In this document: positions 13,330 through 27,990 of the stretch, in pieces
How the letters are laid out: each line of letters opens with the position of its first letter
Numbering within the stretch: position 1 is the first letter of the stretch
Assembly (NCBI GenBank): GCA_951406725.2
Contig: OX597824.1
Location: 33,356,001-33,420,000, forward strand
Length of the DNA: 64,000 nt
Origin: Octopus vulgaris
Taxonomy: Eukaryota
Direction: 5' to 3'
Notes under the pieces: generated by a model
What the model was told of the DNA's origin: nothing
The model's database searches: none
Seen by the model: only the letters and a program-made list of their open reading frames with translations
Program-made: the position numbers and the translations under genes

Positions 13330-13700
13330 CGTACGGCAAAAATCGATTCCCTCCGAAAGTGCCTTTGGGGGTTAAGTCACTCGACTGAATGCATAGCTCC
13401 GAGATCAGTGAGTTTCTCCAGATCGAGCCGTTACTTCGCAGCTCCAGTATTCCTTAAAAACATGTGGTTAGAACGTCATAATAAGGGATCGCAAGATGGA
13501 TTCTTCAGGCCCAGTCAACCGGTAGGAGACCTAAGGGTGAACGAAGAACGAGATGGTTCGATAATATCCATAATCTTAGCTGATCATGCTTGAGAATCCA
13601 GCAGGAAATTGTAATGACGGTTGCTTCTGAGAGAACCCTACGCAGGAGGTGCCTGAAGACTCTACCCCCACGGCACTCTCAGAGAATAGAGAATTGATAG
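13330..13700 (+). mobile_element. Decayed RTE-clade LINE 3' fragment (Expander/Rex3-like)
   Basis: Translates SSEISEFLQIEPLL...HVVR...TGRRPKGERRTRWFDNIHNLS*SCLRI...CLKTLPPR, matching the RTE C-terminal GKRPRGRPRTRW...LLPPRP. Confidence 0.8.
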
Positions 13701-13912
13701 ATGGAGGGAACCAGGAAAAGAGAAAACTCAGTATGTATTGAAGAGAATAAGGTATATTCAAAGTTTATCCTTTTGCCGCATCTTGAGAACTTCTTGAGGC
13801 AATGCCCTCGAGTAGCCAGTGAGGAATTCAGTTGAAATAAACTATGTATGTATGTATGTATGTATGTATGTATGTATGTATGTATGTATGTATGTATGTA
13901 TGTATGTATGTA

Positions 13913-14009
13913 TGTCGTTATTCAGTTTTATTTCATGTGATCTCGGACGTTTATATATTATGAAAATCGGGTAGCCGGCCTTGTGAGTTTCAGGACTGAA
14001 TACAAAATA
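13913..14009 (-). mobile_element. R4/Dong-like LINE 3' UTR end abutting (CATA)n
   Basis: Minus strand ends gaaataaaactgaataacga then (CATA)n (13842-13913), like the end of the 513-909 element. Confidence 0.5.
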
Positions 14010-14371
14010 AACAAGAGCCTGCAGAGAAACGTAAACCTCCGGCAAGGTAACACCAACGTCCCCTCAACGATTAGCCAGAGATGATTTTTAAATTGAGAAT
14101 ATCTGAAATAAACTTGACTGCTCCCACAAACGAGAATACTAAAAATGAACCGAAAATTAAGTAAAGAAAACAGGAAAAATAACCCAGAACCCTTGTCCGG
14201 TACCGAATCGACCCAAAATCTAATCAGTTCGTGCCAGTCACGAGGACAAACAGCCATAAAAGTTTCATCCGAATCCATCAAGCGATTCTTGAGATATCTT
14301 GTCCATGGACAAACAAACAAACAAACATGACTGAAAACAATACCGCCACCTTCGCTATGACGGAGGTAATA
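14010..14371 (-). mobile_element. Helentron-associated non-autonomous element (HINE/DINE-1-like)
   Basis: Minus strand starts attacctccgtc, has a (TTTG)n tract, and ends with sub-terminal inverted ccttgccggaggt (14035-14047) plus a short tail; T-rich flanks, no TSD. Confidence 0.75.
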
Positions 14372-14441
14372 GATAAAAGAAAAGAAATGAGTAAAAATAT
14401 TTCCTAGACATAACAGCTACTTAAAAACAGTTACCATATCC

Positions 14442-14604
14442 AGGTGCAGGCGTGGCTGTGTGGTAAGAAGCTTGTTTCCCTATCATATGGTTCTGGGTTC
14501 AGTGCCACTGCGTGGCCCCTTGGTGAAGTGCCGTCTGCTATAGCCTCGGGCCGACCAAAGTTTTGTGAGTGGATTTGGTAGACGGAAACTGAAAGAAACT
14601 CGTC

Positions 14605-14685
<81 letters not shown>

Positions 14686-14892
14686 TCCTCTCATCTACCG
14701 TCGCTTGACAACCGATGTTGGCTTGTTTACGTCACCGTAACTTAGTGGTTCGGCAAAACAGACCGATAGAATAAGTACTAGGCTTACAAGAAATAAGTTC
14801 CGGGGTCGATTTCTTCCACTAAAACCATTTAAGGCGGGGCTCCAGCATGGCCGCAATCAAATGAATGAAATAAGTAAACAAAATATAAGAAT
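14442..14892 (+). mobile_element. SINE family A, full length
   Basis: Head aggtgcaggcgtggctgtgtggtaag, internal TA/TG tract, tail. Confidence 0.9.
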
Positions 14893-15262
14893 ATTTACTC
14901 ATGTACACATCGCACACATGTGTAAGTCGCATCACTAGACAAGTGTTAAATCTTGGTAAAAAGTTTTCCTTTCATATTCAAACTTGTCCCGTCTACCCCA
15001 GCAATTTCTTTGTATAAAATAGCGCAACAGATACTAGTGTAAATACAGCATGTATTAGCATAAGACCTGTGATCGATATTCTCAAATATTGATATTGTGC
15101 CAGTGAACTTTTGTATAGCTCTCCTTAAAACTCTCACATTCCTCGCATTTTGACAGCAAGATAGATGACACCGTTCTGAATATGCTGCAATTCAATGTTG
15201 TTCGAACTATTCATGCCAATAAACAAATATTTACACAGATTTCAATCCAGACAGATTTCATA

Positions 15263-15293
<31 letters not shown>

Positions 15294-15779
15294 ATACACA
15301 AAAGACCCCCAAGATTGTTTGTAATTGTCGCGTGAAAGTCTGAATGGATATTCAGACATTTTGCAGAGTCGATAAATGAAGAATATTTTTCATGATTTAG
15401 TGAATGCAGTGTAGGAACTGTGATTGTAGCCTCATACTGAATCGATCAGTTAATGAAACAGATCGAACCAGCAATCGATACAATACCAGGGAATTTCTTC
15501 AACGGTAGCCTAATTATTTTCTTCCACACAAACTACGAGAGGTAATGGTTTCTAATTTTGGCAACAGGCCAGCAATTTTGAGGGCAGGGGTTGTTCGATT
15601 AGATCGACCCTTGTGGCTCAACTTGTTCTTGCTTTCTCTACACTGAAACGATAAAAGGCAAAGCTGACCTCAGAGGGATTTGAGAACTCAGACAGTCAAG
15701 AGCCGGAAGAAATGCGACTAAGCATTTCGTTCGATGACATTAATGATTCTGCCAGCACTTCACTTTAAAACAACATATA

Positions 15780-16606
15780 ACTTTTTCTAAATTTGGCACA
15801 AGGCCAGTGACTTACAGGGTATGGGGAATTTTATTACATTTACCCACAGAGTTTAACTGATGATGATTTCATCGAACCCCGAAAGGATGAGAGGGCAAAA
15901 TCGACCTCGGTAGAATTTGAACTGAGATAGTAAAGAGCCGAAACAAATTCCTATTTTTTTACAACCCACAAGGGGCTAAACACAGAGAGAACAAACAAGG
16001 ACAGACAAACGGATTAAGTCGATTATATCGACCGCAGTGCGTAACTGGTACTTAATTTATCGACCCCGAAAGGACGAAAGGCAAAGTCGACCTCGGTGGA
16101 ATTTGAACTCAGAACGTAACGGCAGACGAAATACGGCTACGCATTTCGCCCGGCATGCGAACGTTTCTGCCCGCTCGCCGCCTTTTTTTAAAAGTATTTA
16201 AACGAAATATTAATATATTTCTTTATTGCCCACAAGGGGTTAAACATAAAGGGGACAAACGAGGACAGACAAAGGGATTAAGTCGATTACGTCGACTCCA
16301 GTGCGTAACTGGTACTTAATTTATCGACCCCAAAAGGATGAAAGGCAAAGTCGACCCCGGCGGAATTTGAACTCAGAATGTAGCGGCAGACGAAATACCA
16401 ATTTCTTTACTACCCACAAGGGGCTAAACACAGAGGGGACAAACAAGGACATACAAACGGTTTAAGTCGATTATATCGACCCCAGTGCGTAACTGGTATT
16501 TATTTAATCGACCCCGAAAGGATGAAAGGCAAAGTCGAGCTCGGCGGACGAAATACCGCTAAGCATTTCGCCCGGTGTGCTAACGATTCTGCCAACTCAC
16601 CGCCTT
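15780..16606 (-). mobile_element. Two adjacent SINE B dimers (B'+B 15780-16182; B+B 16215-16606)
   Basis: Junctions caaattc|ctatttt near 15950 and gaaatacc|aatttc near 16399. Confidence 0.88.
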
Positions 16607-17804
16607 AAATGTGTCCACTATGAATATCATAATGCAAAAAACATGTTTTTATTTTCAATTCTTTCTTTTTTGCTTTGTGTCTTCTGAATGGGGGTAGGGA
16701 ACACGGAGGGAAACACAAGTTCCAAAATATATTCCCAAATATTTTTCGAGGACCTTTATTTTTTTCTCCCTAATCTTAATAATTGGACATTGTGTTGGAC
16801 TAGCAAGATTCTTGATGTGACCTTGTTTGTTGAAACGTATTATGACCTGAAGCAGAATTGGAATAGAGACATTATGTAATTGAAAAGGTTACGGATGGCA
16901 ACGAAAGGATTTTAATAAACCTGATTGATTGATTCACCGAGTGATTAATCAAACCGTCGATTAGTTAATTGGTTAAATAGTTATACAATTGACAAATAAA
17001 ATAAAGAAGTGAAATAGAACCAGTGCGTGTGTATTATCGGCATAATGACCCTCCTGGGTTACAATCATAAGATCATTTCAATACAAGTCCTAGTACTGCC
17101 AAGTTTTTTTTTATATAATTAAAGCCAATTATCTTAATTGGTGACAATGAATTCCACACACTTACAATTTCCAGTTAGATTATTAACCGATATCTAAGGA
17201 GGCGAATTAAAAGAACCATTAGCACGCCGGGTGAAATGCTTAGCGAATGCTTATTTCCTCCGCCTTCACGTCTTGAGTTCAAATTCCACCGAGGTCAACT
17301 GTGCTTGCCATCCTTTCGGGGCCGATTAAATAAGCACCAGTTGAGCAATGGGGTCGATGTCACCGACTTAACCTCTCTCCCGAACGTACTGGCATCGTGC
17401 CAAAAATCGAAACCATTATTAACTGATACCTCTATAATGGTAAGAAATACATTTTTTTACACGCGAAAGAAGTCGCTTTATTTCATATTTGGTTTTTAAA
17501 TGAGAAAAACAAAAAACAAAGCTGTGTTGCGACTTGTGTAAGGAGTAAAGCTAAAACTAAGGCGGGACAAAAATACACACAAGTAAATATGATTTATACA
17601 GTTTCCTTAGTAAATGGCAGTACCAATCGCTTGTTCTCTATAACTTATCAACACGATATGACAGTTGTTTCGGAGGTAAGTTTTAAGGTGATTGATGTAA
17701 AATTTTATTAGTTATGTGACCGTAACTGATAAATGGTGAGGCAATGTGCAGAAGATAACCGATGCAAGGAAGAATTTATATATTCTTAATAAAATGTTTT
17801 ATTT

Positions 17805-17983
17805 TTTTCACTCTTTTAACTGTTTCAGTCATTTGACTGCGGCCATGCTGGAGCACCGCTTTTAGTCGAACAAATCGACTCCGGGCCTTATTCTTTGCGA
17901 GCCTAATACTTATTCTATCGGTCTCTTTTACCGAACCATTAATATCGGTGTCAAGCAATGGTGGGGAGACAAACACACACACG

Positions 17984-18052
<69 letters not shown>

Positions 18053-18061
18053 ACAGACACA

Positions 18062-18100
<39 letters not shown>

Positions 18101-18307
18101 GCGCACACACACATACACACACACACATATATATATATATATACGACGGGCTTCTTTCAGTTTCTGTCTACCAAATCCACTCACAAGGCTTTGGTCGGCC
18201 CGAGGGTATAGTAGGAGACACTTACCAGAGGTGTCACGCAGAGGAGCTGAACCCGGAACCATGTGGTTGGTAAGCAAGCTATTTACCACACAGCCACTCC
18301 TGCACCT
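17805..18307 (-). mobile_element. SINE family A with expanded (CA)n
   Basis: Reverse-complement homology; older A copy follows at about 18315-18740. Confidence 0.9.
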
Positions 18308-18498
18308 TTACCTTTTATTTTTCTGCTTGTTTTAGTTATTGGACTGCGGCCGTGCTGGACAACTTTCTTGACGGGTTTAGTATCTATTTTCATGTCTGGT
18401 ACTTATTCTATCGGTAACCTTTGACGAACTGGTAAGTTATGGAGACATTAACAAGCCAACAACAGTGTTCAAGTAGAAGGAGAGAGAACAAACACAAA

Positions 18499-18548
<50 letters not shown>

Positions 18549-19120
18549 TCTCTCACACATACATACATACACACACGATAAACACACGCACGCACACACA
18601 TGACGGTCTTCCACAGTTTCCTTCTACCAAATCCACTCACAAGACATTGGTCGATTCGGGGTTATAGCAGCAGACACTTGCTCAAGGTGTCATGCAGAGG
18701 GAATGATACGGAAAACCTCGTGGTTGCAAAACAAGCTTCATGTTTCATTTCTAAGTAGAAATTTGATTGATACATAATCAAATATTTCATGACATCTGAT
18801 AAGTTAGTTATAAAAAGAATGATGATGTTCTAGTATTGAAAGGGTCTTGTGATTGTTGCTGTACGGTTGACCTTGAATGTCTGTGTATGACTGAGAAATA
18901 TGCATTTCATCGCTTGAAAAGACGTTATGACGAAATATTTCTTTGATAAGATGCGTATTATCCCAACTTTGATGTTGAAGTAAACTAGGAGAATCACTAA
19001 AGCAAGCTGAATGGGTGAGTGTGCGCGTCTATATACGTATTTCTTGAATCAGTATTGATTTGGACCTCTCACTTAGTTTCAACTGTAAATCTGGTTACAT
19101 GTAATTTATAAGTGCCTTTA

Positions 19121-19353
19121 AAGGCGGCGAGCTGGCAGAATCGTTAGCACGCCGGACGAAATGCTTAGCGGTATTTCGTCTGCCGTTACGTTCTGAGTTC
19201 AAATTCCGCCGAGGTCGACTTTGCCTTTCATCATTTCGGGGTCGATTAAATAAGTACCTGTTAAGCACTGGGGTCGATGTAATCGACTTAATCTGTTTGT
19301 TTGTCCTTGTTTGTCCCTTCTGTGTTTAGCCCCTTGTGGGTAGTAAAGAAATA
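19121..19353 (+). mobile_element. SINE family B, full length
   Basis: 17-bp TSD gtaatttataagtgcct at 19101-19117 and 19354-19370. Confidence 0.93.
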
Positions 19354-19382
19354 GTAATTTATAAGTGCCTAATTTGAATAAG

Positions 19383-19660
19383 AAGGCGCGTAGCCATGTG
19401 CTTAAAGTATTGCAATCACAAGATCATGGTTTCGATTTCTGGATCTGGCAGTGCGTTGTGTTCTTGCACAAACCATTTTATTTTATGTCGTTTCAGTCCA
19501 GTCAGCTATAAATGAGATTCAGCAATAGCTAGGAAATTAACTCTCCGACGGACCGGTGTCCTCGTCAGGGATGAGTGCTGTTGTTCCAGTCCCTTACACA
19601 GCACGAAAACTGGGTTAAGCTCCTATCTTATCTGTCCTAGGGCTCATGACAGACCCTAAA
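19383..19660 (+). mobile_element. SINE family D (tRNA head + CORE-like domain), old
   Basis: Homologous to 37590-37843(-): gcgttgtgttcttg...ccagtcagctataaatgag. Confidence 0.6.
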
Positions 19661-20696
19661 TCAAGTCAAAATCTTCTCAATGATCTTTGCTCAACTTATA
19701 CATTTCTTTCTGATAGCTATGTAGAGACTTTTGACAAATAATTCAGGGGACAGTTTGTCTTCTTAATTTTGGGGGTGAGTCAGTGCTTTGGTGTCTTGAT
19801 GGGTTTACAGTTTACAGAAGCTGGGCCTTAGTACAGTCTTGTGAACCAGCTAGAACTAAAATCTAATGTTTTATTTCCAATCGAAGAAGCGATTTTAAGT
19901 TGCGATGATATCGCAATATTGTCAACTTCAAAAAATAAACACCACTACACTACTGGAATAAGTTCTCTTACAAAAAGTCTTTGAGCTTTGGTATAATACA
20001 CTTCTTTATAGAGGGCGATTAGTAACAAGCATTCTAAAAATATTATAAGTTTAGTTCTCTATCTCACTGTTCTACATTAAATTCCCATGAAAGACCGCTT
20101 TCATTTCATGGGAGTTGATAAACAGGCTGCCAATAATGAACGTTTGATGGTTAAGTCATCTTTACACTCACTAGTTTTATGGTTAAGAGACAAATAATTT
20201 TTGCATTATTTATGAGTGAACTGAGACTCAAATGTGTCTGAACTGTACATCCCAAACCATCAGCTAAACTCCGACAAACCTTTCCTGAAACCAAGAATAA
20301 CCATTGTTGGTCAGTACAAATTTGTCAAATCGTGTATATTGTCTGAAGTATCTTATTATGAAGACATGTCAAGTGTCGTCTAATAAATGAGTTTCCATCA
20401 CAGGAAAATTTGTTATCTTTGTGAATATGTTTTATACAGAAACTTTTACAATTAAGAGGTAGAAAAAATAACAGAGATTACAAAAATCGTAAAATGTTAC
20501 TGAAAATATATATTTAAACGAAAATGATACATCTCTGCTGCTTATGCTGTCCTTTTAACTAAGTTATAAATAAAACTTGATAAATCAAGTGCCAGATTGA
20601 AATAAATACAGGAGTCCGGGTGATCAACTACTACACAATTGAAGGTGGTGCTCCAGCATGTCCACGTTCAGCCACTAAAACCGCAGCAGAGAAAAA

Positions 20697-21320
20697 ATGT
20701 GCGTGGTTGTGTGGTTAAGGAGATCGTTTTGCAACCATCGGGTTTCGGGTTTTATCCCACAGCACAGCACCTTGGGCAACCGTCTCTCTACTATTGCCCC
20801 GAATCGACCAATGCTTTGTGGGTAAATTTAGTGGGCAGAAACTGAAAGGCGGCGAGCTGGCAGAAACGTTAGCACACCGAGTGAAATGCGTAGCCGTATT
20901 TCGTCTGCCGTTACGTTCTGAGTTCAAATTCCGCCGAGGTCGACTTTGCCTTTCATCCTTTCGGGGTCGATAAATTAAGTACCAATTACGCACTGGGGTC
21001 GATGTCATCGACTTAATCCATTTGTCCGTCCTTGTTTGTTCCCTTTATGTTTAGCCCCTTGTGGGCAGTAAAGAAATAAGAAACTGAAAGAAGCTCGTAG
21101 TACATATGAGTGTATGAGTGTGGGTGGGGTTGGTGGGTATGAGCGAGTGCTGGTTTGTTCACATCCTCGTAGCATAGCGGTTCGGCAAAAGATCTCGATA
21201 GAATAAGTCCCAGACTTTAAAACACAATAAGTACTCTTGTTGATGTGCTTTACTAAACCTGTGAAGGCGATGCCCCAGCATGGCCGCAGTTGAAAGACTG
21301 AAATAAAAGACAAAAGATAA
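20697..21320 (+). mobile_element. Old SINE A interrupted by young SINE B (20847-21078)
   Basis: 12-bp TSD agaaactgaaag at 20837-20848 and 21079-21090. Confidence 0.9.
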
Positions 21321-21338
21321 AAAAGGTAACAATGTTAT

Positions 21339-21504
21339 AGGCGCAGGAGTGGCTGTGTGGTAAGTAGCTTGCTAACCAACCACATGGTTCCGGGTTCAGT
21401 CCCACTGCGTGGCATCTTCGGCAAGTGTCTTCTGCTATAGCCTCGGGTCGACCAATGCCTTATGAGTGGATTTGGTAGACGAAAACTGAAAGAAGCCTGT
21501 CGTA

Positions 21505-21573
<69 letters not shown>

Positions 21574-21790
21574 ATGTGCTTGTGTGTCTGTGTTTGTCCC
21601 CCTAGCATTGCTTGACAACCGATGCTGGTGTGTTTACGTCCCCGTCACTTTGCGGTTCGGCAAAAGAGACCGATAGAATAAGTACTGGGCTTACAAAGAA
21701 TAAGTCCCGGGGTCGATTTGCTCGACTTAAGGCGGTGCTCCAGCATGGCCGCAGTCCAATGACTGAAACAAGTAAAAGAGTAAAAGAGTA
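21339..21790 (+). mobile_element. SINE family A, full length, young
   Basis: Complete head to gagtaaaagagt tail. Confidence 0.93.
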
Positions 21791-22173
21791 ATGTCGTAAA
21801 TATTATTTGGAGTGGGGAGGAAATCGAAATGGCGGGCAGAGTCGTCTCGGTTTTTTTTATTCAATCTCCTTCAACGTTGTATAACTGCGTCACACAAGAC
21901 ACTTTGAATGGCTTATAAGACGTGTAGTCTAGATTTGATGAGCACGTGACACAACTATACTGGACCTGGAGCATCGAAATTGCTACAGTTAGTTTCCGGA
22001 TCACGTGCTCTCATTAACTTGAGATATTTTATTTCTCCTCTGCACACAAGTTTCACAACAAAACTACACGTAAAAAATAGAGTAGGTGGCGCTGATATGC
22101 ATAATCATATTTCTATATTGTCTTTTATTTACATGATTTTTCTCAGTACATATTTTCTATTATCTTCAATTAC

Positions 22174-22228
<55 letters not shown>

Positions 22229-22262
22229 TCACGTACGCAAACACAACACACACACATAATTC

Positions 22263-22345
<83 letters not shown>

Positions 22346-22949
22346 GAGATAGAGAGATAGATAGATAGATAGATAGATAGATAGCTTATATTTTTAGCGG
22401 AAGCGTGGTGATAGTGACTTCGAAGTTCCGGCTTGCTAGGAATTCTTCAACTTAATGTAAAATCATTTTTATTATATCTCGACAAACATGTGTGTGTGTG
22501 TATATGTGTGTGTTTGTGTATGTACGTACGTATGCATGCATGTATGTACACACACACACACGTACACACACACAGACACACACACACATGCATACGTATA
22601 CGCAGATACATCTACACCGAGACACATACAAAGAATATCCCTAAGCCCCTTAGGATAGCTTTCTCTCCATTTTACAGCTACTTAAATTTATATCAAATTG
22701 CGGTTTTATATCGAAGTCTCCGCTGTGCTTATCGATCGAGTCCCAGGGCGTATTAATATATTTATTTTCCATCTCCTGCTGTGATTCTTTGTCTAGCTTA
22801 GAAATCAAACCATATTTCTTGGGAGCGTGTACTTTCATGTTTGTTACAACCATATTCTACAAGTCATAACCTCTACTTCTAATCAGATCAAAATATTTCG
22901 ATTTTCTTTAAATCTTATCTTGTGGAGATCGGTTTGTGGGCGGAGGTAT

Positions 22950-23338
22950 GGATGGAAGCACTCCGTCGGTTACGACGATGAGGGCTCCGGTTGATCCGAA
23001 TCAACAGAACAGCCTGCTCGTGAAATTAACGTGTAAGTGGCTGAGCACTCCACAGACACGTGCACCCATAACGTAGTTCTCGGGGATATTCAGCGTGACA
23101 CAGAGAGTGACAAGGCCGGCCCCTTGAAATACAGATACAACAGAAACAGGAAGTAAGAGTGAGAGAAAGTTGTGGTGAAAGAGGACAGCAGGGATCACCA
23201 CCATCCCCTGCCGGAGCCTCGTGGAGCTTTTAGGTGTTTTCGCTCAATAAACACTCACAACGCCCGGTCTGGGAATCGAAACCGCGATCCTATGACCGCG
23301 AGTCCGTTGCCGTAACCACTGGGCCATTGCGCCTCCAC
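22950..23338 (-). mobile_element. SINE family C, full length
   Basis: TSD gggcggag(g/a)tat at 22938-22949 and 23339-23350; inserted at the 5' tip of an old SINE A head. Confidence 0.92.
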
Positions 23339-23523
23339 GGGCGGAGATATAGCAGTGTGGTAAAGAAGTTTGCTTTGTACCCATGTAGTTTAGAGTTCAG
23401 CCCCGCAGTGCAGCACCTTGGATAAGTGTCTTTTACTGTAGCACCAGAAAATCCCATCGTGTGCATACGCACACACGCGCGCGAGTACAGCACATATGTA
23501 TGTTATGTCTAGCAGACGAGAAT

Positions 23524-23574
23524 CCATCATTGAAGATGACCCCAAAATGAGGTCGCAATCACGTGATTTGGTGG
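23524..23574 (+). ncRNA. Degenerate Penelope-type minimal hammerhead
   Basis: ccatca-TTGAAGA-t-gacc..ggtc-GCAA-tcacgtga-tt-tggtgg: stems I, II and palindromic III intact, two core substitutions. Confidence 0.5.
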
Positions 23575-23626
23575 TCGAGCTAGACTACTAGGGAGTTCTC
23601 TTCCCGCTTGCAATATATATCAAGTG

Positions 23627-23856
23627 CGAGCTGGCAGAAACGTTAGCACGCCGGGCAAAATGCGTAGCCGTATTTCGTCTGCCGCTACGTTCTGAGTTCA
23701 AATTCCGCCGAGGTCAAATTTGCCTTTCATCCTTTCGGGGTCGATTAAATAAGTACCAGTTAGACACTGGGGTGGTCGGTATAATCGACTAAAATCTGTT
23801 TGTCTGTCCTGTTTGCCCCCTCTGTGTATAGCCCCTTGTGGGCAGTAAAGATATAG
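23627..23856 (+). mobile_element. SINE family B
   Basis: 17-bp TSD atatatat(ca/tg)agtgcga at 23613-23629 and 23857-23873. Confidence 0.9.
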
Positions 23857-24007
23857 ATATATATTGAGTGCGAAGCGCATTGAATAACCAGGTAGAGGAG
23901 GCGTCCTCCTACGGTGAAAACAGTATTGTTTGTTCTTATAGAACACCCACGTTTAGGTGGCAATAAGCTCACACACACACACACACATACACACAAATAT
24001 ATATATA

Positions 24008-24452
24008 CTGGTTGTCGTTGACTTATGACCACAATTGGTCCCGACTGACTGGTTCTAAGTCGATTTGGTTGTAAGTCGGCCTATAGGCCTACATAGCTTT
24101 GTTTTATATTTTTACCTTCCTAAGATACATTCTCAGGTAAAAGTCACACATAGCATTCTGTATTATACCATTATACCGACGTTAGTGAAACATTTCGGAG
24201 TCTCAAGGAGTCGTCTTATAAACAAAAATACGAGGTTGCCTCGATGATTCCGCAACAGGATAGTCATCCAACACTTAGGATAACCACAGTAGTGGTGACC
24301 GATAATCAAACCTAGGGGAAGCTTTTGTTAGCTGACACCATCCGTAGATGGGTTCATTTCTAAGAAATTTAATCCCATTAGATTTCAATTGGACTGGAGC
24401 TGGCGTGCTAATCATCGTAAAGTCGATCGGTCGTAAGTTGACGACGATAATG
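24008..24452. mobile_element. Old Tigger/pogo-type MITE
   Basis: TA|ctggttgtcgttgacttatgacc versus ggtcgtaagttgacgac (24429-24445), imperfect TIRs. Confidence 0.6.
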
Positions 24453-24716
24453 ATGCAAATAAACAAATAAAACCGTATTGGCTAACCCAAGCGGTTTTAT
24501 TTGTTTATCCGCATCATTATTTCCATATCTGCTCACCTGGATTCCTCTTATAGCTGTTCTTTACCCTACGGACTTAGCACTCGGTAAGATTTCCGGGTGT
24601 AACTTCAAATCAATTGTGTACAACTGTTTTCTATCTCTGGATCTCATCTGTACACACACACACATACACGCACGCACTCTCTCTCTCCCTCTTTGTCTCT
24701 CTCTCTCCCTCTTTAT

Positions 24717-24749
<33 letters not shown>

Positions 24750-25711
24750 TCTCTCCCTCTGTGTTGGTTATTGTCGCCCGCTACCACTTAACAACCGCAG
24801 TTGGTTTATTTACACACCCGTGAATTGGCGGTTCGGCAAAAGACCCCGATATAAGTACCAGAATCAATAATAAATATTGGGGTGGTTTGTTCTACTACAC
24901 CCGTCAAGACGGTACCCCAGCAAGGCTGCAGTCCAATGAGTGAGTCAAGTAAACGACAAAAGATGAAAACAAAAGAAAGATATTTATGTTTATAAGGGAC
25001 ACACAACACTGAAAACAAATTTAATGATCCATATGCAATATTTAAAGGAAATATAATGCTAAACCCTTTTCCATAGTAGAGTTGATGGTGGTGGTGGTGT
25101 TGGGTATGCTGGGGTCGGAGTGGGGGGATGTTAATGGCTTAGCTGGTGTCATCGAATAGATCAACTCCAATGTTAATTTTTTTGAAGTCTGGTACTTATT
25201 CTAACGTTCGCTCTGGCCGAACCGCCACGCGGTGGGGCGAGAAACAGAGAGATACCTATACATACATAGTTCACTCTCTCTATTTACATATAGACATACT
25301 CATATGCACACACACTCATATGCACACACACACACACACACACACACACGTATATACCTACATATATACGGCAGGCTTCCACACACTTTCCGTCTACCAA
25401 ATCCACTCACAAGACTTTGGTCGGTTCGGGACTTGCCCAAGGTGCCGCGCAATGAGACTGAACCTAAAACCATGTGGTTGCAAAGCAACCTTTTCTTCCA
25501 CATATTCATGCATATATATATATATATATATATTTGCGCGCGCGCGTGTGTCTGTGTGCATGTATGTGTGTGCCTGTATGTGCGTGTACTTTTATGGCGC
25601 ATCGAGGGCGTCTGTTGACTCATTAAATGCAATAGAATACATATACATACATTCATATACATGCATGTATGTATATGTACATAAATATATATGTACACGT
25701 ATATGTCGATG

Positions 25712-25757
<46 letters not shown>

Positions 25758-25766
25758 CATATATAT

Positions 25767-26478
<712 letters not shown>

Positions 26479-26485
26479 AGGATAG

Positions 26486-26871
<386 letters not shown>

Positions 26872-26917
26872 AGCATCTACATATACGTATACATTTATGT
26901 GTGTATGTGTATGAATG

Positions 26918-26967
<50 letters not shown>

Positions 26968-27304
26968 CATTTAATGGGTCAATAGGTTCGTTGGTTACTT
27001 GATTCCAACAGATAAATCACTGTGAAAATGATAAGGGATTTTCTATACAATTCGGTAAGGAACAAATGCCACATGAGGTCTTTTCATTCGAAAATACCGT
27101 TCTCCCTCGCCCCACCCGCTAAATGACAGGTTTCAGCGCAGGATTCTTTGACTATTTTCTACTGTCAACGTAATCATTTACCCGAGTTAACGTTAGAAGA
27201 TACCCGGAACCACGTGGATGAGAACCAAACTTCTTAGTCACACAATCTGAGTCTATATTTTAGAAGTGAGGTTGAAAAACTCGCCTAAGATAATATTTGT
27301 GTCT

Positions 27305-27472
27305 CAAGAATGTGTTAATTATGTAGCATCGTTTCAGATGGATCTTGAATATTTAGGTAACTTACACCCATGAGAAGCACTAACTACACAAGAATGTGTT
27401 AATTATGTAGCATCGTTTCAGATGGATCTTGAATATTTAGGTAACTTACACCCATGAGAAGCACTAACTACA
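27305..27472. repeat. Perfect 84-bp tandem duplication
   Basis: 27305-27388 identical to 27389-27472. Confidence 0.95.
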
Positions 27473-27474
27473 GT

Positions 27475-27944
27475 GTTTGTTAGCTTTCAGAACATGCTCC
27501 TCATCCCTCCTCAACACATGCCCATACCACCTCAGTCCTTTCACCCTTGCTAACCATTCCACCGCTTCCTCCAACCCCAGATTCTCATCAAATCCTCAGT
27601 CCTCTTCTTATCAAACAGCTTCAGCCTACACATTTCTCTCACCATTTCTCTCTCAGTCCTTCTCAAAATTGCCATCTCTCTCTCCCTCAGACACCATCTC
27701 TCACTCCCATACAGCATTGCAGCTCTCACACAACTCTTATTATAGACCCTTCCTTTTATCTTTAATGAGAAGGCGTAGGAGTGGATGTGTGGTAAGTAGC
27801 TTGCTTACCAACCACATGGTTCCGGGTTCAGTCCCACTGCGTGGCACCTTGCGCAAGTGTCTTCTACTATAGCCTCGAGCCGACCAAAGCCTTGTGAGTG
27901 GATTTGGTAGATGGAAACTGAAAGAAGCCCGTCGTATATATATG

Positions 27945-27990
<46 letters not shown>

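Noticed and set aside
21940-22010. gagcacgtga...tcacgtgctc inverted repeat
   Set aside because: Only 10 bp with a self-palindromic core and no TSD.
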